A stretch of DNA of 64,000 nt from Capsulimonadales bacterium (GCA_033762295.1 JANRLW010000020.1:1-64000); one strand, 5' to 3'. Counted from the first letter of the stretch, positions 49,412 through 59,180 are shown. Notes: generated from the letters alone by a model not told the origin. A program made the numbers and translations.

Positions 49412-51448
49412 ATGCCCCGTGACCTCGTGCTGGGAAATGGCAACCTGCTGGTGTGCCTGGATCGCAACCTGTTCATCCGCGACCTGTACTGGCCGTATGT
49501 CGGCCTGTACAACCACGTCTCCGGTCGCCTGGTCCGGTTCGGTATCTGGGTGGACGGACAGTTTTCCTGGATCGATGCCAGCTGGGACCGCGACCTGCGT
49601 TACACCCCCGAGACATTGACGACGCAGTGCCGGCTGCGCAATGAGCGGCTGCGGATCACCCTGCTGGTCAGCGATGCCGTGGACCATCGCGCCGATGTGT
49701 TCGTGCGGCGGATCGTACTCCAGGACCTGAGCGGTCGTCAGCGCAACGCGCGGTTGTTTCTTGCCCCTGACACGGTGATCTGCGAAACCGATATCGGCGA
49801 TACCTGTTATTACGACCCGTTCGCCGATGCGGTGATCCATTATAAACGGGACAACTATCTGCTCTGGGGCGGGGCCGGGGAGAACGGGCGATTGCACGGC
49901 TGGGCCTGCGGGATCAAGGGGTTCGGCGGACGGGAAGGAACCTGGCGCGACTGCGAGGACGGAACTCTGTCCGGAAATCTGGTCGCTCAGGGTTCGGTCG
50001 ATTCCGCTCTCTCGATCTCGGCGACGATTCCCGGCGACGGTGCGACCCATCCGTGCTGGTTCTGGCTGACCGTGGGTAAAAATCGGGAGACCGTCCTCGA
50101 ACTGCAGAGGAAAATGCAGGAGGAGACGCCGGCGGTCGCGCACCGGACGACCGAACAGTACTGGCGCTCCTGGGTCTTCCAGGGACCTTCCGCCGTCATT
50201 TCACCGGTCGGGAAGAATCCGGAGGAGTGGCTGGACCTGCTGCCAAAACGCGTTCGTATCCAGTTCCGTCGATCCCTGCTGCTGATTCGGACGCAGATCG
50301 ACAATCGCGGAGCGATCCTGGCCGCCAATGATACCGACATTATGCGGACGAACCGCGCGCACTACTCCTATCTCTGGCCCCGCGACGGCGCGCTGGTGGC
50401 GCACGCCCTCGACGGGGTCGGTTTCGGGTCGCTGACACGTAAGTTTTTCCGCTTCTGCCAGACGATTCTGCCGCCGGATCGCGGCGCGTTCCTGCAAAAA
50501 TACGGACCCGATGGCTCCCTCGGCGCGACCTGGCACGCCTTCGTCGCGCCGAACGGGCAACCGGAGATACCTGTTCAGGAGGATGAGACGGCTCTGGTGA
50601 TCTGGGCGCTTGCCTATCACTACGAACGGCATCGGGATTTCGAGTTTGTCGAGGAGTTGTACGGAGGGCTTGCCCGTCGGTGCGCCGACTTTCTGCTCGA
50701 ATATCGCTCGCCGGAGACGGGACTTCCACTGCCTTCCTGGGATCTCTGGGAGGAACGTCGGGGAGTCCATACCTTTACCGTCTGCGCGGTAATTGCCGCG
50801 CTTCGCGCCGCGGCCCGCCTGGCCCGGCTGTTCGGCGACGAGGATCGGGAGATCGATTACGCCAACGCCGCCGAGGAGGTGCTGGCGGCGATGACGACCC
50901 ATCTCTGGCAGCCCGAGCAGGCACGGTTCGCCCGACGTCTGGAACTGCTCGCCGATGGCTCCGCCGTACCCGATATGAATCAGGATGCCAGCCTCCATGC
51001 GCTGCACCTTTTCGACGTCCTTCCGACCGATCATCCGATGGTGGTTTCGACGATGGAGCAGATCAACGATCGCCTCTGGGTCAAGGCCGGGATCGGCGGA
51101 ATGGCCCGGTATGAAGGCGACTACTATGCGCGTATCTCCAATGACCTTGTGAGTGTTCCGGGGAACCCCTGGATCCTCTGTACGCTCTGGAAGGCGCAGT
51201 GGCAGATCGCGTCGGCGAAAACGATCGCCGACCTGCAGGACCCGTGCGACCTGCTGGAATGGGCGAACCTTTGCGCCCTGCCCTCCGGCGTTCTGCCCGA
51301 ACAGATCCATCCGTTCAACTTCACACCGACGACCGTCGCGCCGCTCACCTGGAGCCACAGCGAGTTTGTGGAAACGGTCTACAAGTGGCTGAAAAAATAC
51401 ACCGAACTGTCGGTCGGGCAACCGGACCCGGCGGGAACCGAAATATGA
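49412..51448 (+). CDS. Glycoside hydrolase family 15 (glucoamylase-like)
   Basis: MPRDLVLGNG, YSYLWPRDG, QEDET, DLWEER, LPEQ, PLTWSH. Confidence 0.9.
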   Translation: MPRDLVLGNGNLLVCLDRNLFIRDLYWPYVGLYNHVSGRLVRFGIWVDGQFSWIDASWDRDLRYTPETLTTQCRLRNERLRITLLVSDAVDHRADVFVRRIVLQDLSGRQRNARLFLAPDTVICETDIGDTCYYDPFADAVIHYKRDNYLLWGGAGENGRLHGWACGIKGFGGREGTWRDCEDGTLSGNLVAQGSVDSALSISATIPGDGATHPCWFWLTVGKNRETVLELQRKMQEETPAVAHRTTEQYWRSWVFQGPSAVISPVGKNPEEWLDLLPKRVRIQFRRSLLLIRTQIDNRGAILAANDTDIMRTNRAHYSYLWPRDGALVAHALDGVGFGSLTRKFFRFCQTILPPDRGAFLQKYGPDGSLGATWHAFVAPNGQPEIPVQEDETALVIWALAYHYERHRDFEFVEELYGGLARRCADFLLEYRSPETGLPLPSWDLWEERRGVHTFTVCAVIAALRAAARLARLFGDEDREIDYANAAEEVLAAMTTHLWQPEQARFARRLELLADGSAVPDMNQDASLHALHLFDVLPTDHPMVVSTMEQINDRLWVKAGIGGMARYEGDYYARISNDLVSVPGNPWILCTLWKAQWQIASAKTIADLQDPCDLLEWANLCALPSGVLPEQIHPFNFTPTTVAPLTWSHSEFVETVYKWLKKYTELSVGQPDPAGTEI

Positions 51449-51960
51449 ACGGCGATAGCCTTCTGGCCGCCGCCATCCGCATCGCCGTTGAGTGCCATGA
51501 GAACCAGCGGGACAAAAACGGCGCACCCTACGTTCTTCATCCGCTCCGGATGCTGCAGCGGGCGCAGGCGGCCGGTTGGCCGATCGAGGTTCGAATCGTC
51601 GCCGTGTTACACGACGTGCTGGAGGACTGTGCGGACCGAACCCCGGAACAACTGCGGAAGGAAGGGTTCCCCCCGGTCGTGCTGGACGCGCTCGATCTGG
51701 TAACGAAACGACCCGAAGAGGCGGGTGAGGTGGGGTACCGGAGGTTCGTCGGGCGGATTTGCGCGGCGGAGGGCGCGGCGGGCCGAATCGCCCGCCGCGT
51801 GAAAATCCTCGATCTGGAGGACAACATGGACATCCTTCGCTACGATGCCTGGTCGGATAAACTGCCGAAGCGCCTGAAGCGATACTTCGAGGCGCATCGG
51901 CGCGTGACCGAGGCGATTCGCGCGAAGGACGAGACGCCGTTCGCCGAACCGGTTACTTGA
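51445..51960 (+). CDS. Stand-alone HD-domain protein (small alarmone hydrolase / Mesh1-like)
   Basis: HENQRDKNGAPYVLHP, AVLHDVLED, VKILDLEDN. Confidence 0.82.
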   Translation: MNGDSLLAAAIRIAVECHENQRDKNGAPYVLHPLRMLQRAQAAGWPIEVRIVAVLHDVLEDCADRTPEQLRKEGFPPVVLDALDLVTKRPEEAGEVGYRRFVGRICAAEGAAGRIARRVKILDLEDNMDILRYDAWSDKLPKRLKRYFEAHRRVTEAIRAKDETPFAEPVT

Positions 51961-53137
51961 TGCCGAGTTTCGCCAGTGCGGCGCGCATTCCCGCCTCGTC
52001 GAACCCGACACTGCGCCAGACAACGATCCCGCGACTGTCGATGACGTAGTTGGTGGGATAGGCCTGAACGCCGTACCGCTTGAAGATTCCGTTCGGCGTG
52101 TTGTCACCCATCACCATCGGAAAGGCGAACTTGCCCTCGGCCGCATACTGATTGATGACGGCTTTGGAATCGCCCAGATTGACCGCGACCAGGTTCAACC
52201 CCTTGCCCTTGAAGGTGTTGTAGATTTTGTTGAGGTGAGGAAACTCCTCACGACAGGCTCCTCAGCCATAGAACCAGAAGTTGACGATGGTCGCCTTCCT
52301 GCCTTTCATCGCCCGGGCCAGCGAAAGGGTTCCGCCTTTCGGTGTCGGTAGCGAGAAGGCCGGCGCCTTCTTCCCGACCGGCACCAGATTCTTCATGTAG
52401 TCCGGCACCCCTCGGGAGGGGTTTGCGGCCTGCTCTTTCATCACCTCCGCCTGATCCCGAAAACCGGCCGGGGGCGTATAGGTGAAGTCGGCGGGCGTCA
52501 CCGCCGCATCGTCGGTCACGATATTTTTGAACGTGAAGCTCATCTGGGGCGTTTGATTCGGTGCGCCGAAAATATCCACCCGCTTCATAATGCGTTCCGG
52601 CGTAAAATAAAAGCGCACCCGCTGCCCCCCCGACGTGTTGGTGCCTGTTGCTTCGATGACGTCCGTCACGATGCCATCGATCGTTTCCTGACCGATATAT
52701 TTCGTCGTCTTCGGCGGGGTTTTCCCGTCATTCAACTGCTCGAGGGTCGGATGGAAAAAGAAGCCGAACGGAGTCGGCCCCATATTTTTCATGCCTTCCT
52801 CGGCCGTTTTTTTGGAATACGTTTTTTCCGATTGGGTCTGCATGAATAACGTGGTTCCGTCGCAGACGACCAGCATCGCCTCCTGTCCCGGCATTTCCAT
52901 CGAAAATCGAATGAAATTGGGGCGCAGGGCACGGAAGGTACCGGAGAGGGTCATCTCCTTGCTCCCCTGTCCGGTCGCCGGACCGCTCACTGACATATCC
53001 GCAGACAAAGATTTAAGTCGGGCGGAGGCGGCCATCGCCTCTTTGAGAATCGCGTCGGATTTTTCGTCGGCATAAGCGGCGGGAAGAACAATCGTCATTG
53101 CCGCTGTCAGGACGATCGGTACGGTACGGTTCCGCAT
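51953..53137 (-). CDS. Putative selenoprotein: signal peptide + LolA-like domain + TlpA/ResA-type redoxin with UxxC (Sec292), 394 aa
   Basis: In-frame TGA at 52262-52264 in VNFWFYG-U-GAC-REEFPHL. The frame continues without shift into ORF 51953-52198 (YGVQAYPTNYVID cis-Pro motif). SECIS-like hairpin follows. AAGGAG SD before ATG 53137. Confidence 0.87.
52235..52251 (-). promoter_or_regulatory. Bacterial SECIS-like stem-loop
   Basis: mRNA UGA-GGAGCCUGUC-GUGAGGA-GUU-UCCUCAC: perfect 7-bp stem, loop starting with GU 17 nt after UGA. Confidence 0.75.
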
Positions 53138-53203
53138 TCGGTTTCTCCTTTCCGGGGCGAAAAGGGCAGGTCCCGGCACGTCAGAATTCACCGACCGGGC
53201 GAA

Positions 53204-54556
53204 TTAATCCTCGTCATCCTTATCACCGGCTTTACGGGTTACCAGACGGATAGGTGTGCCTTCGAAGGGGAACTTTTTCCGTATCTGGTTTTCGAGGTAA
53301 CGGCGGTAGGAGAAGTGCATCAGCTCGGGCGTGTTGACAAACAGGATGATCGTCGGCGGTTTGACGGCGGGCATCGTCACATACTTCACGCGAAGGGACC
53401 GCCCTTTCTCCGTGTGCGGGTGGCTATCCACGGCATCCCGGACAACCCGGTTGAGTTCGCCGGTGGGAACCCGCAGCGCGTGATTCTGCGCCGAGTCCAG
53501 CGCGGTATCGATAAATGCGCCGATGCCGGTTCGCTTCAGGGCGGAACAGAAGGCGACGGGCGCATAGGTGCAGAAGGGCAGTTCGTCGCGCAGGACCTGA
53601 GTAAAGGCCAGCATCGGGTTCTTCCCCGGATTGGCCTCCAGAACCTGCCCGCGTCCCTCATCCCATTTGTTCACGCAGAGAACCGCCGCCTTGCCGGCCT
53701 CGTGCGCCATTCCCGCCACGCGTTTGTCGCCGTCGAGCAGACCGGCCTCCCCGTCGATCACCGTCACAGCGACATCGCAGCGTTCGATCGCCCGTTGCGC
53801 CCGCAGGACCGAGTAATACTCCACCGTCCCCTGAATCTTGCCCGAACGACGAATACCCGCCGTATCGATCAGGACCAGTTTCTGACCTTCCCATTCGAAC
53901 GGAGTGTCGATCGCATCGCGGGTCGTCCCGGCGATCGGGGAAACGATCGTCCGGTCCTCACCCAGGATCGCGTTCAGCATCGAGGATTTCCCGACGTTCG
54001 GACGGCCGATCAGGGCGATACGGACGGTATCGTCGTCCTCCGGCGTCTCCTCATCCTCCGGCGGGAACGCCCTCACAACCTCATCGAGCAGGTCCGCGAC
54101 CCCGCGTCCGGACAGAGCGGACACCGAATAGACCTGCCCGAGTCCCAGTTCGTAGAACTCGGCTGCGTCCTGGTCCCGCTTGGGATTATCCGCCTTGTTG
54201 ACGACCAGGAACAGCGGCTTTTCGGACCGGCGAAGAAGGTCGGCCAGATCCCGGTCGTTGGACGTGATTCCGTCCTCGGCATCGGTCAGGAAAAGGATGA
54301 CGTCCGCTTCCTCCATCGCGATATCCGCCTGGACCCGGATCAACGCCTGCATGGGGTCCTCTTCGTCCATGCTGATACCACCGGTATCGATCAGCGTATA
54401 ATTGCGCCCGTTCCATTCGCCATCGGCGTACAGGCGGTCGCGCGTGATTCCGGGAATATCCTCGACGATCGCGATACGACGCCCGGTCAGGCGGTTGAAA
54501 AGGGTGGACTTGCCGACATTCGGGCGGCCCACAACGGCGACAATCGGCTTTGGCAT
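53204..54556 (-). CDS. der: Ribosome biogenesis GTPase Der (EngA)
   Basis: Two G-domains (GRPNVGKST and GRPNVGKSS), DTGG and DTAG, NKAD and NKWD, C-terminal KH-like FEGTPI. Confidence 0.96.
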   Translation of the reverse strand: MPKPIVAVVGRPNVGKSTLFNRLTGRRIAIVEDIPGITRDRLYADGEWNGRNYTLIDTGGISMDEEDPMQALIRVQADIAMEEADVILFLTDAEDGITSNDRDLADLLRRSEKPLFLVVNKADNPKRDQDAAEFYELGLGQVYSVSALSGRGVADLLDEVVRAFPPEDEETPEDDDTVRIALIGRPNVGKSSMLNAILGEDRTIVSPIAGTTRDAIDTPFEWEGQKLVLIDTAGIRRSGKIQGTVEYYSVLRAQRAIERCDVAVTVIDGEAGLLDGDKRVAGMAHEAGKAAVLCVNKWDEGRGQVLEANPGKNPMLAFTQVLRDELPFCTYAPVAFCSALKRTGIGAFIDTALDSAQNHALRVPTGELNRVVRDAVDSHPHTEKGRSLRVKYVTMPAVKPPTIILFVNTPELMHFSYRRYLENQIRKKFPFEGTPIRLVTRKAGDKDDED

Positions 54557-54602
54557 AGGAACACTCGCTTTGAAAGTACGGGTTACTATACCGCGAATTT
54601 CC

Positions 54603-55373
54603 TCAATTGGTTTCGACCGGGACGATATCGAGGCCGAAACAGGCCGCGCGAATCGCGGCGCGTCCGTCACCGGCGATCGTCGGAATGCCCTCGGGGAGAC
54701 CCGGAAGACCGGTATGGTACCGAAAACGGCAGACGAACCGACCGCTGTCCTCCTCGATCCGCGCCTCGGTAAACCCTTCCCGCTCCGGACGGTCACCGAT
54801 CAGGCTGAGAAAACGGCGGGAGAGCGCGGAGAGGACGCCATCATCCGCCATCATTTCCGCCTCCTCTTCCGGACCGACGAAAACGATCCCGAACTGCCGG
54901 AACCACCGCAGGCGATCCACCCCGACCATCCGGTCCGGTGCCGCCGCCATCCGGTTGCCGTAAAGTTTCGACGGAAGTTCGATCCCGGCCTGACGTTCGG
55001 ACGCGCGATGGGCGCGAAGCCATTCTTGCAGGGACGGGACATCGAGTTCCGCCCGCGCCTCCTCGAACGGGACACCCGTCTGCCGGATCAGTTCCGCCGC
55101 CTGTCGGCCGGTGTTACCCGCGCCGGCAAGGAGGATCGGACATCCGATGTGAAGCACGGCCGGCAGGATCAGCCACGGGTCCGCGTCGGCGGAGAGCTCG
55201 ATCAGGACGCCGTCGCAATCCGCGCGGCCCAGAATTCCGCTCTGCCGGGTCGCTTCGGCCGTCGCGGTTCCTCCGACCTCCCCGGTGACCACATCGATAT
55301 CGGCCGTTCGAAGGTCGGCGACCAACCGTTCCGCCGGAGAGACCGCGCCGATTCGGAGAATGCCCAGACGCAT
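54603..55373 (-). CDS. Hypothetical protein (possibly a reduced L-fucose isomerase-like fold)
   Basis: 256-aa ORF with TATAAT 7 nt before ATG; weak resemblance only (D..RW..QFGI; IRAAC..LDI.P). Confidence 0.5.
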   Translation of the reverse strand: MRLGILRIGAVSPAERLVADLRTADIDVVTGEVGGTATAEATRQSGILGRADCDGVLIELSADADPWLILPAVLHIGCPILLAGAGNTGRQAAELIRQTGVPFEEARAELDVPSLQEWLRAHRASERQAGIELPSKLYGNRMAAAPDRMVGVDRLRWFRQFGIVFVGPEEEAEMMADDGVLSALSRRFLSLIGDRPEREGFTEARIEEDSGRFVCRFRYHTGLPGLPEGIPTIAGDGRAAIRAACFGLDIVPVETN

Positions 55374-55389
55374 GGTCCCTATTATACCG

Positions 55390-56766
55390 TTAAAGCAACA
55401 GCAGGTAGGGCAGTTCGAGAATTTCCCGAAGACGGGCCAGAAAAGCCGCGGCGGGCGCGCCGTCGGTCGCGCGATGGTCGAAGGAGAGCGACAGACCCAT
55501 CATCGGGCGGATCACCGCCTGACCGTTGCGAGCCACCACCGTATCGGCGATCGCGCCGACTCCCAGAATCGCCACCTGTGGCGGGGGAATGATCGGATCG
55601 AACGAGGTAATTCCGTAGTTGCCCAGATTGGTCACTGTGAAGGTGCCTCCGGCGAGGTCGTTCGAGCCGAGTTTGCCCGCGCGCGCCCGCTTCACCAGGT
55701 CCTCCCGGTCGCGCAGAAGCTCGGAAAGCCCTTTGCGTTCGACGTTGCGGATCACCGGGACGATCAGTCCCTCGTCACCGAGGGAGACCGCAAGCCCGAC
55801 ATGCACCGAATCGAACCGTGTCAGGTGATCGCCCTCGATATGGGCGTTGAGCGACGGGTGTTCGCGCAGAGCGACCGCCGACGCTTTGACGATGATATCG
55901 GTCGGGGAAATCCGGATACCGGTCGCCTTTTCGAGGACGGGAAGCAGTTCGGCGCGCAGACGCATCGCCTCCGTCATGTCGACGGCGGTGTTCAGCGTGA
56001 CGTGCGGTTTCTCCCGGACCGACCGCATCAGGTTGTCGGCCACCCGCTTCCGCAGGCCGGTCAGCACGACCGTACGGCTATCGGATTTTTCGACCGGAGC
56101 CGCCGCCGCCGCTTCGGGCGACGCCGGTTCGGGCGGCATGGCGGCGGAGCGAACATCCTGCGCCGTGATCCGTCCCCCGGCGCCGGAGCCGACGAGGCCG
56201 GAAAGGTCGACACCCTCGCCGGACGCGACCGCTCGCGCCAGCGGCGATACCTTCGGCAACCGTTCGACCGCAGGTTCCAGGGTGGCCGCCGCGGCGGAAA
56301 TCTCCGCGTGGACGGCAAGGACATCCTTCTCCTGTACGCGTCCCTTCGGACCCGTTCCGCGTCCGGTCAGCAGTCCGGGATCGACGCCGAGGTCGGCGGC
56401 CACCCGCTGCGCGCGCGGGGAGAGGATCGGGGGTGCCGTAGCGGACGGTGCAGAGGCGGGCGGTGTCGGTATTACCGAAACGGCCGGAACAGCCGAAACA
56501 GGCTCCGCTCCGTCCAGCGGTTCGTCGGCGGTATTGGTGACGATCAGGACCGGGGCTTCGACCTTCACATAGGAATCGGCCTCGGCGAGGATTTGGCGGA
56601 CCACGCCGGAGTCGGCGCTTTCCCACTCCATACTTGTCTTGTCGGTTTCGATCTCCGCCAGGGGATCGCCCGGTTGAATTCGGTCACCGACCTTCTTGAA
56701 CCATTGAAGGATCCGGACTTCCTCCACACTGTTGCCCAGGACCGGCATTTTGATCGTCTTCGCCAT
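55390..56766 (-). CDS. 2-oxo acid dehydrogenase E2 (dihydrolipoamide acyltransferase)
   Basis: Lipoyl motif EIETDK; two E3-binding repeats (SPRA..GTGPKGRV, SPLAR..GSGAGGRI); GGTFTVTNLG; DHRATDG. Confidence 0.92.
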   Translation of the reverse strand: MAKTIKMPVLGNSVEEVRILQWFKKVGDRIQPGDPLAEIETDKTSMEWESADSGVVRQILAEADSYVKVEAPVLIVTNTADEPLDGAEPVSAVPAVSVIPTPPASAPSATAPPILSPRAQRVAADLGVDPGLLTGRGTGPKGRVQEKDVLAVHAEISAAAATLEPAVERLPKVSPLARAVASGEGVDLSGLVGSGAGGRITAQDVRSAAMPPEPASPEAAAAAPVEKSDSRTVVLTGLRKRVADNLMRSVREKPHVTLNTAVDMTEAMRLRAELLPVLEKATGIRISPTDIIVKASAVALREHPSLNAHIEGDHLTRFDSVHVGLAVSLGDEGLIVPVIRNVERKGLSELLRDREDLVKRARAGKLGSNDLAGGTFTVTNLGNYGITSFDPIIPPPQVAILGVGAIADTVVARNGQAVIRPMMGLSLSFDHRATDGAPAAAFLARLREILELPYLLLL

Positions 56767-56926
56767 CGTTTCGCCCCAATTCGGTTAGGTTTCCGAGAGG
56801 CAGATTCTCGCTGACCGTCTCCGGTTCCTGCAAAGGAAAACAAACGTAAGCAAAACGCAGGGAACGAAAACCGTTTGCCTCTCGTGGGTTTGCATTTTGC
56901 CCGCCGGGTCTTTTCTCCGACGGACG

Positions 56927-56956
56927 AAAAAAGCCCCCCTCCCGAAGGAGAGGGGC
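56927..56956 (-). terminator. Intrinsic terminator with UUCG tetraloop after ABC-F
   Basis: Minus strand GCCCCTCTCC-TTCG-GGAGGGGGGC-TTTTTT. Confidence 0.88.
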
Positions 56957-56972
56957 GGGGTTTCGGGGCGTC

Positions 56973-58559
56973 CTAATCCTCGGCGATTCGGGCGATGACC
57001 GGGTCTTTTTCCATGATCAGTTTCCCCTCCTCGACCCGGAAGATACCGGTGGCGACCGCGTCGATGAACGGCTGATCGTGGGATGCCATCAGCACCGTGC
57101 CTTCGAACCGCTGGAGGGCTTCCTGAAGCACTCCACGGGAAATCTGGTCCAGGTGGTTGGTCGGCTCGTCGAGCAGGTAGAGATTCGCCGGACGCATCAG
57201 GAACTTGGCCAGAGCGACCCGCGAACGTTCGCCGCCCGACAGGACCCGAACCTCCTTGAAGACCTCTTCGCCCCGGAAAAGCAGACGGGCGAGCAGGTTC
57301 CGCGCCATCTCTTCCTGCTGATGGTCCAGGCCGTACAGCGTCTCCTGGAGGATCGTCAATTCCGGGTTCAGGGCTTCCGCCTGATGCTGCGCGAAGTAGG
57401 CGGTGACCGTCTTCGGGTTGATTTCGACCCGCCCTTCGGTCGGTCCCTCCACGCCCGCCACCATCCGGAGCAGGGTAGACTTACCGACGCCGTTCGGCCC
57501 GACGAGGGCGATCTTGTCCCCACGTTCCAGCGTCAGGCTGACCTCGTTCCAGATGGTCTTGGTGCCGTACCGCTTGATCATCCGGTCGATGATGACCGGT
57601 TCATTGGGCGAACGGGGCGGCTCGGGCAATTGCAGGTACATCGAGCGCGGCCGCGCCTTCGGACGAGCCTTCATATCGATCTTGGCGAGTTTCTTTTCGC
57701 GGTCCTCCACCATTCCGGCCTTGGATTTATGGCCGCGCCAGCGCTGAATGAACTCTTTCCATTCCGCGATCTCTTTCTGCTGCGCCTCGTACTCCTGGAC
57801 CTCCCGTTCATAGGCTTCCTGCTTCAGTCGCTCGTAATCCTCGAAGTTCCCCGTGTAGGACTTGACATTTCCGTCGTCGACTTCGAGGATGCGTTCGCAG
57901 GTCAGGTTCAGAAATTCCGGTTCGTGGGAGATCATCACGACGGTGCCAGGGTATTCGGCGATGTAGGAGACGAGCCACCAGCGCGCGGCGTCATCCAGGT
58001 GGTTGGTCGGTTCGTCCAGGAACAGGTAGTCGGGTTCCTGCAGGAGCAGTTTCGCCATCGCGATCCGCATCTGCCAGCCCCCGGAGTAGGTGTCGGTGAG
58101 CCGATCGACGGCATCGAGTTCGAATCCGAGACCGGAGAGAACGCGTCCGATGCGCGCCTCGATGGTATGCGCGTCCAGACGGGTCAGGTCATCGGCCGCA
58201 CGTGCGAGTTCCGCCAGGTCGGCCTTGGAACCGCCGTCGTCGGAAATGGCCTGGGATGCCTTCAACAGCCGTTCCTCGATGTCATCGACGCCTGGGAAGG
58301 CGGAGCGCATCTCCTCGCCGATGGTCACGCCCAGTCGGCACTGCGACTCCTGCGAAAGGTAACCGACCGAACTGCTATGATGATCGACCGCTCCCTTATC
58401 CGCTTCGAGAATGCCTGCCAGAATCTTCACCAGGGTGGATTTGCCCGCGCCGTTCACGCCGACGACACCAATCCGCTCTTTGGGCCTCAGGATCAGGGAA
58501 ATGTCCTTGAGAACGACCTGGGGGCCGAAAGACTTTTGTATCTTTTCCGCAGTTATCAT
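56973..58559 (-). CDS. ABC-F family ATPase
   Basis: Two NBDs (GVNGAGKST, YSGGWQMR, LDEPTNHLD; GPNGVGKST, LSGGERSR); no TM. Confidence 0.93.
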   Translation of the reverse strand: MITAEKIQKSFGPQVVLKDISLILRPKERIGVVGVNGAGKSTLVKILAGILEADKGAVDHHSSSVGYLSQESQCRLGVTIGEEMRSAFPGVDDIEERLLKASQAISDDGGSKADLAELARAADDLTRLDAHTIEARIGRVLSGLGFELDAVDRLTDTYSGGWQMRIAMAKLLLQEPDYLFLDEPTNHLDDAARWWLVSYIAEYPGTVVMISHEPEFLNLTCERILEVDDGNVKSYTGNFEDYERLKQEAYEREVQEYEAQQKEIAEWKEFIQRWRGHKSKAGMVEDREKKLAKIDMKARPKARPRSMYLQLPEPPRSPNEPVIIDRMIKRYGTKTIWNEVSLTLERGDKIALVGPNGVGKSTLLRMVAGVEGPTEGRVEINPKTVTAYFAQHQAEALNPELTILQETLYGLDHQQEEMARNLLARLLFRGEEVFKEVRVLSGGERSRVALAKFLMRPANLYLLDEPTNHLDQISRGVLQEALQRFEGTVLMASHDQPFIDAVATGIFRVEEGKLIMEKDPVIARIAED

Positions 58560-58736
58560 ATAAATAATCCTCCAGTCGAGAGGTCGAATCACTTCCGGTG
58601 AACGCACGAAAAAGGCGGCCCGCTCATGCACGGGTCGCCCGGTGTGATATCAACATCGTATTATACCGCCGTCCGCCCCGACCCGCACGAGTCGTCCGCC
58701 CGGAGACCCGGACCGGACAACCCGATTTCCGAGCGA

Positions 58737-59180
58737 TTACGGTTTATTTTCGGGGGCGTCGGAGTCGGCACTCGCCTCGCTCGAAACGGCGGCCGGCGTC
58801 AGGAGGAAGGGGATTTCACCGTTCCGATGAAACCCTGCCCGGCGGGCCAGCGTTTCCTGCCCCTCCGGCGACTTCAGGTACTCCAGTCTCCGCTCGAGCC
58901 GCTGATTCTCGGCGTTCCGCGCTTCCAGACGATGACGTAACGCCTCCACCTTTCGCGCCTCCTCCTGGCCCAGACGGTAGGGGTGGAGTATCTTCAGCGC
59001 GACCTGAAAGAGCAGCAACGCGGAGAAAACGCCGACGGCGCCCATTCCGGCAAGACGTACCAGGCGACCCAGAAACCGATGCCATCCGATCATACGTCGC
59101 CTCGGACCGCGACTCGGCCCGTGACCGGGCGTCGACGCGGTTCGAGCCGGGGGCGCGGCATTCCATGGAGGGGTCGACAT
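58737..59180 (-). CDS. Septum formation initiator family protein (FtsB/DivIC-like)
   Basis: TM + coiled coil + LKSPEGQETLARRAGFHRNGE. Confidence 0.72.
   Translation of the reverse strand: MSTPPWNAAPPARTASTPGHGPSRGPRRRMIGWHRFLGRLVRLAGMGAVGVFSALLLFQVALKILHPYRLGQEEARKVEALRHRLEARNAENQRLERRLEYLKSPEGQETLARRAGFHRNGEIPFLLTPAAVSSEASADSDAPENKP

Noticed and set aside
52262..53191. Treating 52262-53191 and 51953-52198 as two genes or as a nonsense pseudogene
   Set aside because: The TGA aligns with the catalytic Cys position, the frame is continuous and a SECIS-like hairpin follows. Sec recoding explains this better.
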